From: Bacteroidales bacterium
GTDB lineage: Bacteria; Bacteroidota; Bacteroidia; Bacteroidales; UBA12077
Direction of reading: 5' to 3'
DNA: 64,000 bases
Assembly: GCA_028282585.1 (NCBI GenBank)
Contig: JANQHR010000020.1
Span: 32,001 to 96,000, forward strand
This document shows, piece after piece, positions 28,003 through 37,847 of this stretch. The first letter of the stretch is position 1, and every line of letters starts with the position of its first letter. The translations under genes and the position numbers were made by a program. Under the pieces are notes generated by a model. The model was not told where the DNA came from and searched no databases. It saw only the letters and a program-made list of their open reading frames with translations.

Positions 28003-30213
28003 ATGAAAATATATTTAGATTATAATGCCACCACTCCAATAGATAAAGAGGTAGTGCAAGCAATGCAACCTTATTTATCTAATTATTTTGGTAATCCATC
28101 CAGTTCACACAGTTTCGGTATTGAAACAAAAAAAGCCGTTGAAAATGCAAGGAAACAAGTGGCAACACTCATAAATTGTAAACCTCATGAGATTATATTT
28201 ACGAGTGGAGGCTCAGAATCGAACAACTATGCTATTAAAGGCGTTGCATATGCTTATGAAAATCGTGGTAATCATATAATTACTTCAACTATTGAGCATC
28301 CTGCCGTAGTTGAAGTATGTAAGTACCTGGAAAGAAAAGGATTCAGGATTTCGTATATTCCTGTTGATGAACATGGTACCATAAATTTGGAAAAACTTGA
28401 AAAAGCTATAACTAAACAAACTATCCTGATAACAATAATGCATGCTAATAATGAAATTGGAACTATTCAACCATTATCTGAAATAGCAAAAATTGCGAAA
28501 AGAAATAATATTTACTTTCACACCGATGCTGCTCAATCTACCGGTAAATACCCTGTGGATGTAAAAAAAATGGAGGTTGATCTATTATCAATTGCAGGAC
28601 ACAAGTTATATGCCCCGAAAGGAATTGGTGCGCTTTATATTAAGGATGGTATCCAACTTGAAAAATTGATTCATGGCGCTGATCATGAACAAAATAAAAG
28701 GGCCGGAACAGAAAATGTGCTGGAAATTGTTGGATTAGGAAAAGCTTGTGATATTGCTCACCGATATATGTATAGGAACATAACCCATATGCATTCCGTG
28801 CGAAACTTATTATTTAGTAATTTAAAAAAAGAATTACCTGTAATAAAACTTAATGGTCATCCCGAAAGAAGATTACCAAATACCTTAAATATTAGTTTTC
28901 CAAAAATTGAAGCCAATATTTTATTAAACGAACTAGAACTAAACGGAATTGCAGCTTCTGCCGGAGCAGCATGCCATACCGACTCAGTTGATATTTCCCC
29001 TGTACTATCTGCTATAAAATTAAATACCAGCTATGCAATGGGCACTATTCGATTTTCGCTTGGTAAGAATACAACAGAAGATGAAGTTAATCGTGCTTCA
29101 CGAATAATAATTGACACAGTAAATAAATTCAATCCGGATAAAAAGGAATTAAATGAGATAACACCTGATTTTTCAAACATTAGGTTAACTAAATATACAC
29201 AGAGGCTTGGATGTGCATGTAAATTAAGACCGCAAGAACTCGAAAAAATTCTGAAAGACCTACCTTTGACTAATGATCCTAATATCTTAATTGATACCAG
29301 CAAATCGGATGATGCTGCTGTATATAAGATCAATAAAGAAATCGCATTGGTTCAAACAACAGACTTCTTTGCGCCGATTGTAAATAATCCTTATGATTTC
29401 GGAGCAATAGCAGCAGCTAATGCATTAAGCGATATATACGCCATGGGAGCTAAACCATTATTTGCGTTAAATATAGTTGGGTTTCCATCAAACAAGTTAC
29501 CTATAGAAGTATTGCAGGAAATTCTTAAGGGAGCTAACGATAAAGCACGCGAAGCTGGAATCAATATTGCAGGAGGACACACCATTGAAGATACTGAACC
29601 TAAATATGGCATGGTTGTAAATGGAATTATTCATCCGGATAATATTTGGACAAACGCAAATGCTCAAGTTAATGATGCAATAATTTTAACTAAACCCATC
29701 GGACTAGGGATAATAACAACTGCGTTAAAACGGGGCTTAATTAATGCAGAAACTGAACGAAAAATTACCCAAATAATGTCAACCTTAAATAAGTATTCTG
29801 CAGAAGTAATGAATAAATTTGATATAAACGCATGTACAGACATAACTGGTTTTGGCTTATTAGGGCACTTATCAGAATTAACGCTTGCTAGTAAAGTAGA
29901 TGTTGAAATAGCTATTAACAATATTCCAATCATTGAAGAAGCAAGAGAATTTGGGGCCAGCAACCTCATACCCGGTAGTACGTTAAACAATCTTAAGTAT
30001 TTCTCAAGGTATGTTGATTGGTATGATGATATTTCCGATTTGGAAAAATCTATTTTATGCGATGCACAAACTTCCGGTGGGTTATTGTTTACAGTTCCAA
30101 TGTCACAAAAAGATGAAATACTGGAAAAATTAACTGAAGCAGGAATTGAAAACGCCTCACATATTGGAAGTTGCGTAACAAAAGGAGAAGGTATAATAAC
30201 CGTAAAAAAATAG
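28003..30213 (+). CDS. selD: NifS-like cysteine desulfurase/selenocysteine lyase fused to selenophosphate synthetase
   Basis: N-half has YLDYNATTP, GNPSS, HTDAAQ, AGHKLY (PLP Lys) and SAGAACH. C-half from about 29179 has IRLTKY..GCACK, DDAAVY, DFFAP, ANALSDIYAMG, GGHT, TDITGFGLLGH and DAQTSGGLL. It is one continuous ORF. Confidence 0.93.
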   Translation: MKIYLDYNATTPIDKEVVQAMQPYLSNYFGNPSSSHSFGIETKKAVENARKQVATLINCKPHEIIFTSGGSESNNYAIKGVAYAYENRGNHIITSTIEHPAVVEVCKYLERKGFRISYIPVDEHGTINLEKLEKAITKQTILITIMHANNEIGTIQPLSEIAKIAKRNNIYFHTDAAQSTGKYPVDVKKMEVDLLSIAGHKLYAPKGIGALYIKDGIQLEKLIHGADHEQNKRAGTENVLEIVGLGKACDIAHRYMYRNITHMHSVRNLLFSNLKKELPVIKLNGHPERRLPNTLNISFPKIEANILLNELELNGIAASAGAACHTDSVDISPVLSAIKLNTSYAMGTIRFSLGKNTTEDEVNRASRIIIDTVNKFNPDKKELNEITPDFSNIRLTKYTQRLGCACKLRPQELEKILKDLPLTNDPNILIDTSKSDDAAVYKINKEIALVQTTDFFAPIVNNPYDFGAIAAANALSDIYAMGAKPLFALNIVGFPSNKLPIEVLQEILKGANDKAREAGINIAGGHTIEDTEPKYGMVVNGIIHPDNIWTNANAQVNDAIILTKPIGLGIITTALKRGLINAETERKITQIMSTLNKYSAEVMNKFDINACTDITGFGLLGHLSELTLASKVDVEIAINNIPIIEEAREFGASNLIPGSTLNNLKYFSRYVDWYDDISDLEKSILCDAQTSGGLLFTVPMSQKDEILEKLTEAGIENASHIGSCVTKGEGIITVKK

Positions 30214-30227
30214 TTGATATCTACTTA

Positions 30228-30251
30228 AAACATTTCAGAGATCATAGCGTT
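30228..30251 (+). promoter_or_regulatory. Possible ECF sigma promoter
   Basis: AAAC-N16-CGTT upstream of the 30276 gene. Confidence 0.3.
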
Positions 30252-30275
30252 TTAAATTAAATAAAAACTTTAGCT

Positions 30276-30773
30276 ATGAAAAATACAAAAACACTTACCA
30301 TATTGATATTGGCTCTTCTATTTACGGGAACATGTTATGCACAAAGTAAAATCCCAGTTTTAAATAAAGAGATTGTAAAATATTTAAAAACAGTAAAAGG
30401 AAAGAAAGTAGATCGTGGAGAATGTTGGGATCTTGCATATCAGGCACTAACAAGGGTTGATGCTGATTGGGATATGGCTTATGTTTATGGTGACCCTATT
30501 GATCCATCGAAAGATGAAGTATTTCCAGGAGACCTGATTCAATTCGAAAATATAAAAACGCAATATACAGAAGGAAATACAACTTATACCTCAATTATGG
30601 CTCACCATACCGCAATAGTTTATAAGGTTTTGGAAAAAGGCGTTTATGAGATTGCTCATCAAAACACTGAATTCTCAGGTAGAAAAGTTGGTGTAAATGT
30701 TTTAAATTTAAATCACATTATTCAAGGTGATATTTACTTTTACCGACCAACAAAGAACAGAAAGGATGGATAA
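30276..30773 (+). CDS. Exported CHAP/NlpC-P60-like cysteine hydrolase-fold protein
   Basis: Signal peptide, GECWDLA, PGDLIQF, HHTAIV and AHQN. Confidence 0.6.
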   Translation: MKNTKTLTILILALLFTGTCYAQSKIPVLNKEIVKYLKTVKGKKVDRGECWDLAYQALTRVDADWDMAYVYGDPIDPSKDEVFPGDLIQFENIKTQYTEGNTTYTSIMAHHTAIVYKVLEKGVYEIAHQNTEFSGRKVGVNVLNLNHIIQGDIYFYRPTKNRKDG

Positions 30774-31509
30774 CAGATGGAATCTTTCAAATAAAAAAGC
30801 TTTAATTACCGGAGGAACCAAAGGAATTGGATTAGCAATTGCTAAAGAATTTATTGAATTAGGTGCTGAAATAACTATTGTCTCAAGAAACGAGCCAAAA
30901 GAGTTTTCTAACAGTAAAGTTCATTTTATAAAAACAGACTTAAGTAACGTAACAGGACTGAAAAGACTTGTAAACCAGGTTAAGCAAAAGTGGGATTACC
31001 TTGATATTTTAGTTAATAACGTTGGAATGAATATTCGTAAAAAAACAGAAGAGTATTCAAAACAAGAGTATGATAAGATTATTAATACGAACTTATTTTC
31101 GACTTTCGAACTTAGCTGCCTTTGTTATCCGCTTTTAAAGAAATCAGAACAGGGGAATATTGTAAATATTTCCTCTGTGGCGGGACAAAAACACATTAAA
31201 ACCGGATCGATTTATGGAATGACGAAAGCTGCAATGATTCAACTTACTAAGAATCTTGCGGTTGAGTGGGCAGAAGAAGGAATCAGAGTAAATGCTGTTG
31301 CACCCTGGTATATAAAAACACCATTAGCAGAAACCGTATTAAAAAATAAGGGTTATTATAATGAAGTTATTGCAAGAACACCATTGAAGAAAATCGGAGA
31401 TCCTAAGGATGTAGCGGCTACCGTAGCTTTTTTATGCATGCCGGCCGCAGCATATATTACCGGACAATGCTTAAGCGTTGATGGTGGATTTACTATTCAT
31501 GGATTTTAA
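30766..31509 (+). CDS. SDR oxidoreductase, tropinone-reductase-like
   Basis: TGGTKGIG, LVNNVG, YGMTK, NLAVEWA and NAVAPW; likely start MDNRW overlapping the upstream stop. Confidence 0.88.
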   Translation: MDNRWNLSNKKALITGGTKGIGLAIAKEFIELGAEITIVSRNEPKEFSNSKVHFIKTDLSNVTGLKRLVNQVKQKWDYLDILVNNVGMNIRKKTEEYSKQEYDKIINTNLFSTFELSCLCYPLLKKSEQGNIVNISSVAGQKHIKTGSIYGMTKAAMIQLTKNLAVEWAEEGIRVNAVAPWYIKTPLAETVLKNKGYYNEVIARTPLKKIGDPKDVAATVAFLCMPAAAYITGQCLSVDGGFTIHGF

Positions 31510-32705
31510 TCTAAACAATATTTGTCTAAATTTTCAGCTGCATTGTAGCTCCCATATCTTTTACCTTTTATCCAATCAGAACATGCACCTTTTTTATCTC
31601 CTAACCTATATCTTGCAATTCCCTTTTTGTTATAAACTTCACCAGACCTTGGGTAAATATCAAGAAACATGGAATAATCCTGAACAGCATATTTGTAAGT
31701 ATTTGTAGCAGAATAAATGTCTCCTCTTAATTCAAAAAATTCTTTATTACTCTTTTGTTCAAAAGCTTGATTTATCTTTTTTAAAGCTGTGTGATAATCT
31801 TTATTCCTAAAACAAGCTTTACTATTTAAATAGAGTACATCAGGATTATTTGGTTTTACTTCCAAAATTGAGGATGAAAGCTTTTGAGCCTCATCATAAT
31901 ATTCCATCTTAAAAAGTAAATCTGCTTTTTGAACATAATAATCGATTTCATAAGGATTCATTCGAATTAACTTGTTCAGATCAAATAAGGCTAATTCATA
32001 ATCATTTAATTCCTTTAAGAGATTGATTCTTTGCATGTAATATTCAGGTTTCGATTTTTTTAAACTAATTGCCAGGTTAATCTCTCTTTTAGCTCCTTGA
32101 ATATCTTTTTCTTTTTGTAAAAGTAAACTTTTAAAATAATGAGCGTCAGAAACATTCCAATTTCTAGCAATTATTTCATCTGTAATAAATAAAGCCTGTA
32201 CAAAGTTCTTTTCACTAATTAATCGTTCAACCTGATATAGTTGTTTATCCGTTTGAGAATAGTATCCTGATGATAAAACATAATCATCTAAATCGTAATT
32301 TGACAACAACACAAATTCATCAGAATTTAATATTTCGTATAAAGGAATTTTATAATATGATTTAAGATTTTTAGTTAAGGCTTCTTTTAACTTATTTTCA
32401 TCACCTAACATAAGATAAACTTTAACTCTTAAAGAACTTGCATAATTCGGTTTTAATTTATCAAGTTTATCACAAAGAATCAAGGCATTTTCCAAGTCAT
32501 TCAATTCGAAATAAGTTTCTGCAAGCAATCTATAAAATTCTGGTTTTGGATGGTTTATAATTAAATTCTCCAAGGAATCAATAGCAACGGAATAATTTTC
32601 ATTTTCAAAATCAATAAAGGGTTTAATCTCTTCAACTCTTAAATTTTGAGAAAAGGTTAATATTGGAATAAAAATAAATATTGCAATTAAATGTCCCTTA
32701 TTCAT
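31506..32705 (-). CDS. Exported TPR protein
   Basis: Signal peptide from MNKGHL, multiple TPRs and the C-terminal GACSDWIK...KYC motif. Confidence 0.8.
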   Translation of the reverse strand: MNKGHLIAIFIFIPILTFSQNLRVEEIKPFIDFENENYSVAIDSLENLIINHPKPEFYRLLAETYFELNDLENALILCDKLDKLKPNYASSLRVKVYLMLGDENKLKEALTKNLKSYYKIPLYEILNSDEFVLLSNYDLDDYVLSSGYYSQTDKQLYQVERLISEKNFVQALFITDEIIARNWNVSDAHYFKSLLLQKEKDIQGAKREINLAISLKKSKPEYYMQRINLLKELNDYELALFDLNKLIRMNPYEIDYYVQKADLLFKMEYYDEAQKLSSSILEVKPNNPDVLYLNSKACFRNKDYHTALKKINQAFEQKSNKEFFELRGDIYSATNTYKYAVQDYSMFLDIYPRSGEVYNKKGIARYRLGDKKGACSDWIKGKRYGSYNAAENLDKYCLD

Positions 32706-35304
32706 TACCGTATTCTCCCGTCGATTCTCCCGTATAAACATAAATGAATCCAACTATATTCCTAACCTCAAGTCCCGAAATTCGAGGTTCCCAAACATCG
32801 CAAATAAAATAATAAACTCCTGGTGATACTAACTGATTTGTTTTTTGTGCTTTTCCATCCCAATTAATATTTGGATCATCAGTTTGAAAAACTAATTCAC
32901 CCCACCTATTAAAAATCTTCATATCTACTTTTTGAACATAATCAAAAGGATTTTTCGCTATAAATTCATCATTTATATTATCACCATTTGGTGTAAATAC
33001 ATTGGGTAACTCATAATATGAGCAATTATCTACACACTGTACGTAAGAAAATTCACTTTCATTATAAAAAGAATCTACTGCTGTTATAGCATAGCAACCT
33101 CCCATACTTCCAGATGGAGAATGTTCAAAATATGTAATTTCAGGATCATCGAATCCTATTAAAGAGTCCATCTCCAGCTCAGAGTTGTTAGTATAGTATA
33201 TAATATAACTGATAACATCATCGGCGCATGTTAGGTTAGGATTATTCCAGGTCAAGATATTTATTAAGCTATCACATGCGGAACGAACATTTAAAGATGG
33301 TGGACAAGGACGTTGAAAATCTTCAGGAATCTGACAGTTTTCGTGTGACCAGTTAAAGGTTGGATGTTCGATACCATTGTTTTTATATGTACCAATACTT
33401 TTAACCTTATAACAATAGGTATTTCCATTCTTTAACTTGGTATCTGTATAAGATCGGTTTGCTGTATAAGCAATAGAATCATACATACCAGTTGAATTAT
33501 TTAATCTGTAAATGACAAACTCATTGTCTAACCAAGGTGTATTTTTTTTTATGTTTATTTTTATTTGATTATCAGCAGGTTCTAGGTCAAGAAAAATAGA
33601 AGAAGCCAACTGTGGTACGCCAATACGAAATCTATTGCCCGGTGTATCATTGTAAAGAGCAATTTCATAAGAATATTGAGTTTCCGAAGTATTTAAGTTA
33701 GGCTTGTAATAAGTTGTATCATCTAAATTATCTAATGAATCAATTCTATTCAAACGCATTCCAAATTGCTCATCAGACTGATAAATAATATATTTATATG
33801 GTCCGGTAGCGCCTGGTATTGTATCCAACTGATCAGGTTTGTCCCATCGAACCAATATTCTTCCTGTATCTACATCTGTTGATAACACACTTACATTCGT
33901 AAGAATAGGAAATCCCGATTCAATAGACGCACATTGTTCTTCTGAAGGATAACTTTGAGCTCCATCACTATATTCAGCAACAATTCTATAGCAATAAGAA
34001 AATCCTTGTACCAATCCTTCCCCATTATCGTTATCAACATACGCCGTATCTGAAGTCTCCCCAACATATTCATAACCAGATTCTTCTGACAAACCAGTTG
34101 TGCAATCGTTATGAACATAATTTAACGAATTAATTCTTCGGTAAATAAGGTATTTAGTTGGATTACAATTCGGTGCATTCCAATTTAATCTAATAAAAGC
34201 ATTACCTGGCTCTGTTTGTAATCCGTAAGGAGCTGGACCTATAATTTTCACCAATAATCGTTCGATACCAACTAATTTTACATCAGGATGATCATCTTTA
34301 GCTGAGATAATGACTGAATATGATTCTTTTCGAATATGATTACAACTGGTTATCCAGTTAAAAAGGGAAATGTTTTCGCCTGAAGTACTAGAAATCTCTT
34401 CGAATGTGGCAGGATTTGCTTCAAATAAAAAAGGGCCTCCTTCCGCGCTAACTTCTATATTATTGTAATCAATATCAGTACTTCTAATTAAAGCCGAAAC
34501 AGTATCACCAGCTAAAACACAAATCTCCCCAATTGAATCAACTTCCGGATTATGATTATCAGTTGGATATACATCAATTTGCATATCTCTTGTAATTGTT
34601 CCAATTTTTACTCCGCTTCTCCATTCCGAAATTTGAATAGCAATATTATATTTACCGGTATCAGGAGGTGTATCCCATACTAAATCTCCAGTTAGAGCAT
34701 CAATACCAATCAAATTTGTTGCAGGAGGCAATGAATATCCATTTATTGGTTCACCATCTTCTCCGGTGCAATCTGTGAGCGTATATGATAAACTATCACC
34801 TTCTTTGTCAAAAACGCCAGGGTTATGAACAAAAAGCCTGTATTGTGCTGCTTGGTTTAATGGTGGATTTAACAGGATGGGCGTATTATTAAATCCTAAT
34901 TCCGGAATTACAAAAATGGTTGTTTTAACTGAAAATACGGTATTCACAGAATTTGGTATATTCTCAACACCAAAATTTCTATTAGGGTCTTGAACCAACA
35001 CTGTATAAATTCCAGGTCCTGGAAACGTATGGCGAGCTACATACCTATTTCGTTGATAAAAATCAGGAAGCTCTAGCATTTCTGTCCTGGGAACCGTTGA
35101 GAAAGTTCCGTCTCCCCACTCAACTTCGAGCTCTTCTCTTTCTACATTACTTAAAGTATAAGTATACGTGGTAACCGTAATTTCATATGTTAGTTCGGAA
35201 ATTTGGTTATATGTAATTTCTCCTGCTCTGTTATGTGTTGCATGTGAACTAACATATCCAAGAAAAAAAAATAATGCGGTATGTATGATTCTTTTATAGT
35301 CCAT
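32698..35304 (-). CDS. T9SS type B cargo (gliding-motility-associated CTD) with Ig/FN3-like domains
   Basis: Signal peptide then ATHNRAGEI; C-terminal PNVFTPNGD..ND...IFNRWGELVF...WDG...GVYYF. Confidence 0.88.
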   Translation of the reverse strand: MDYKRIIHTALFFFLGYVSSHATHNRAGEITYNQISELTYEITVTTYTYTLSNVEREELEVEWGDGTFSTVPRTEMLELPDFYQRNRYVARHTFPGPGIYTVLVQDPNRNFGVENIPNSVNTVFSVKTTIFVIPELGFNNTPILLNPPLNQAAQYRLFVHNPGVFDKEGDSLSYTLTDCTGEDGEPINGYSLPPATNLIGIDALTGDLVWDTPPDTGKYNIAIQISEWRSGVKIGTITRDMQIDVYPTDNHNPEVDSIGEICVLAGDTVSALIRSTDIDYNNIEVSAEGGPFLFEANPATFEEISSTSGENISLFNWITSCNHIRKESYSVIISAKDDHPDVKLVGIERLLVKIIGPAPYGLQTEPGNAFIRLNWNAPNCNPTKYLIYRRINSLNYVHNDCTTGLSEESGYEYVGETSDTAYVDNDNGEGLVQGFSYCYRIVAEYSDGAQSYPSEEQCASIESGFPILTNVSVLSTDVDTGRILVRWDKPDQLDTIPGATGPYKYIIYQSDEQFGMRLNRIDSLDNLDDTTYYKPNLNTSETQYSYEIALYNDTPGNRFRIGVPQLASSIFLDLEPADNQIKINIKKNTPWLDNEFVIYRLNNSTGMYDSIAYTANRSYTDTKLKNGNTYCYKVKSIGTYKNNGIEHPTFNWSHENCQIPEDFQRPCPPSLNVRSACDSLINILTWNNPNLTCADDVISYIIYYTNNSELEMDSLIGFDDPEITYFEHSPSGSMGGCYAITAVDSFYNESEFSYVQCVDNCSYYELPNVFTPNGDNINDEFIAKNPFDYVQKVDMKIFNRWGELVFQTDDPNINWDGKAQKTNQLVSPGVYYFICDVWEPRISGLEVRNIVGFIYVYTGESTGEYGNE

Positions 35305-35794
35305 CTAGACTTACTAATTGTTTAGTTTTCTTTAAATTAAACATGTACCCCTTTTCAATTTCTTCAATACTAAATATCATCATGTTTTTCTGATCAAAAT
35401 ACAAATCCAAAAGTATAGTATTTGCAATTTCAAATTCTTTTTTTAATTCAATATTCTCAATTTTATAATAAAACCATATCCATTCATTATCAAGCTCTAC
35501 CTCTTTAAAAATGAGCTCACACCTATCATTATTATCAATGTAAAAGTGATTTTGAAAATAACTGTTAATTCTTTCCTGATTCTTTTCAACCTCTTCCATC
35601 TTTTCAAAATCAATATTTACCTGATCAAGATGTGCAAACAAAAGCTGCATATCTTTTTTAAACACTTTAATAGAGATCTCCATTTTTAAATCATCCGGAC
35701 AATAATCTACATTTGTAACTGAAACATGCACAGGATGCGAAAAATGTATACAACTCTTAATAAATATTAATAAACAAATTTTAATAATAAACAT
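35294..35794 (-). CDS. Exported protein, DUF6702-like
   Basis: HPVHVSVT after the signal peptide; IANTILLDLYFDQKNM near the C-terminus. Confidence 0.65.
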   Translation of the reverse strand: MFIIKICLLIFIKSCIHFSHPVHVSVTNVDYCPDDLKMEISIKVFKKDMQLLFAHLDQVNIDFEKMEEVEKNQERINSYFQNHFYIDNNDRCELIFKEVELDNEWIWFYYKIENIELKKEFEIANTILLDLYFDQKNMMIFSIEEIEKGYMFNLKKTKQLVSLDGL

Positions 35795-35951
35795 AAGCTA
35801 AAATTAATATTTTTTATGTATCTAGGAATGTTCTGGAGATCAAATATTATTTAATTCTATTTTAATTGGGTTAAATCATTAACTTTAACTTGGAAACTTT
35901 ACTATTATTAATTAATTTGGTATAACCTTTTAATCAATCATCTCATTCATT

Positions 35952-37826
35952 ATGAAAATTTTAAAAGCTACATTATTATTTATGTTATTCTTTGGTTTTT
36001 CAGTTTCATTTGCCCAACAAATTGAAAATTTAAGAATAAAAACTTTTGAGGATAAGATTAATCTGATGTATGACATTACGCGTGAAAAATCCGGTCAATT
36101 ATTTGATATAAAAGTACTGTGTTCTTTAAATGGCGGGCAAACTTTTAATAGTCTATTAAAAACTACAACCGGTGATATTGGTAAGAATGTTGAAGGTGGA
36201 AAGAATAAACTCATCGTTTGGGATGTATTAAAGGACAGAGAAAACTTTAAAGGAGAAAATATAGTTTTTAAAATCATTGCAATTCCGGGAGGTGTTAAGA
36301 ATCCTACCGACCATGTTGAAGGTTTTCATTTTGAATTAAAAGAATGTTATAAAAAGGATCGAAAACTGATTTGCGTTTTTGAAGTAACAAATAAAGGCAA
36401 AAACAGAGATTTAAAGCTGATTAATCGTTTAGCAAGAGCATATGATTTTAAAGGTAACAAGATTGAATCAAATTATTCAAAACTAGGAAGGGTAACTGGC
36501 AATGCCAGATATACCACACCAACATTAACATTTAGACCGGGCCAATCAAATATTGCAATGTATAGTTTTGATATTCCGCATGACTTTTCAAATAGGTTAA
36601 AAATGATTGAATTTGGAGTAGAAGTTTTAGAAATAACCTATGGATTAGATCTGAAAGTCGGTAATATTCAATTTAGAGATATTTCATTTGATAATAATGA
36701 GCAAACAGCAAAAACAGAATTAATTTCGGAAACAACAAAACTTGATATTGGACCTGAGATTTCCAAAATTGTGGATTCTAAACCTCCTTCTGTAGCATTC
36801 ACAAATATGTCTTTATCTAAAAATAAACCAGTTACAGTAAATAAAGAAGAGATACTACTTAGAGGTAAAGTAATGGATGAAAATGGGATTTTTGAGATAA
36901 CTGTTAATGGTATGTATACAAATTTGAAGGAAAACGGTGAATTTGATACAGACGTTTATTTAGTTGAAGGAAAAAATAATGTATTTGTGAGGGCAGTTGA
37001 CAAATTCAATAATTCAGTTGAAGAAACTTATGTAATTAATTACAAGGTATTGGAAAAGGAAGGCCAAAGAAAAACATCTGTGGGCGACCGTTCAGAACTA
37101 GATGAAAAATCTACAAAAGAAGGTAAATATTATGCCTTATTTATTGGCATAAGCAATTATCTTGATCCTGAAATTAATAATCTTGAACAACCAATTGTGG
37201 ATGCTGAAAAACTATTAAACACTTTAGTAACGTATTACACATTTGAAAAGGAGAATGTTACTTTTTTAAAAAGTCCAACCCGCGAGAAAATTATATCGGA
37301 ATTAGATCGATTAAACAGAATTGTAACAGAAGATGATAACCTATTAGTTTTTTATGCGGGACATGGCTATTGGGATCACCAGGATGAAATTGGATACTGG
37401 TTACCCTCGGATGCAAAAAAGGCCAATACTGCTAATTGGATGAGAAATAGCACCATACGTGATTATCTAAGAACCGTGGACACAAAGCATACATTATTAA
37501 TTGCTGACGCTTGTTTTAGTGGCGGAATTTTTAAAAGCCGAAAAGCATTTAATTATGCCCCAAAACCAATTCAAGAATTACATTATTATCCAAGCCGCAA
37601 AGCTATGACAAGTGGTTCATTAAAAGAAGTTCCCGATAAAAGCGTATTTCTTTTATATTTAAATAAAAGACTCAAAGAGAATACTAAAGAATTTATATCA
37701 GCAGAGGAATTGTTTAGTAGCTTCAAAACAGCAGTTCTAAACAACGGCCCCAACACGCCGTTGTATGGTGAAATTAAAGATACCGGCGACGAGGGTGGTG
37801 ATTTCATTTTTGTTAAGAAGAATTAA
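35952..37826 (+). CDS. Exported multidomain protein with a C-terminal C14 caspase-like peptidase
   Basis: Signal peptide, Ig-like domains, YALFIG, the FYAGHG and IADACFSG dyad, SVF and GGDFIF. Confidence 0.88.
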   Translation: MKILKATLLFMLFFGFSVSFAQQIENLRIKTFEDKINLMYDITREKSGQLFDIKVLCSLNGGQTFNSLLKTTTGDIGKNVEGGKNKLIVWDVLKDRENFKGENIVFKIIAIPGGVKNPTDHVEGFHFELKECYKKDRKLICVFEVTNKGKNRDLKLINRLARAYDFKGNKIESNYSKLGRVTGNARYTTPTLTFRPGQSNIAMYSFDIPHDFSNRLKMIEFGVEVLEITYGLDLKVGNIQFRDISFDNNEQTAKTELISETTKLDIGPEISKIVDSKPPSVAFTNMSLSKNKPVTVNKEEILLRGKVMDENGIFEITVNGMYTNLKENGEFDTDVYLVEGKNNVFVRAVDKFNNSVEETYVINYKVLEKEGQRKTSVGDRSELDEKSTKEGKYYALFIGISNYLDPEINNLEQPIVDAEKLLNTLVTYYTFEKENVTFLKSPTREKIISELDRLNRIVTEDDNLLVFYAGHGYWDHQDEIGYWLPSDAKKANTANWMRNSTIRDYLRTVDTKHTLLIADACFSGGIFKSRKAFNYAPKPIQELHYYPSRKAMTSGSLKEVPDKSVFLLYLNKRLKENTKEFISAEELFSSFKTAVLNNGPNTPLYGEIKDTGDEGGDFIFVKKN

Positions 37827-37847
37827 TTACTTTTTTTAGTTTTTGTT

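Noticed and set aside
29209-29223. Possible selenocysteine (UGA) in the SelD active site
   Set aside because: Both positions are TGT (Cys) and the ORF has no in-frame TGA.
23373-30213. SelD plus glycosyltransferases and methyltransferases as a selenosugar (SenB-like) cluster
   Set aside because: The genes are divergent and separated by hsp20 and its terminator. The GTs look like a GT2/GT-C envelope pair rather than SenB. Only cross-genome co-occurrence could revive this idea.
35918-35932. TGGTAT-N5-TTTA as a sigma-54 promoter for the caspase gene
   Set aside because: The -12 match is poor and no enhancer-like repeats were seen upstream.
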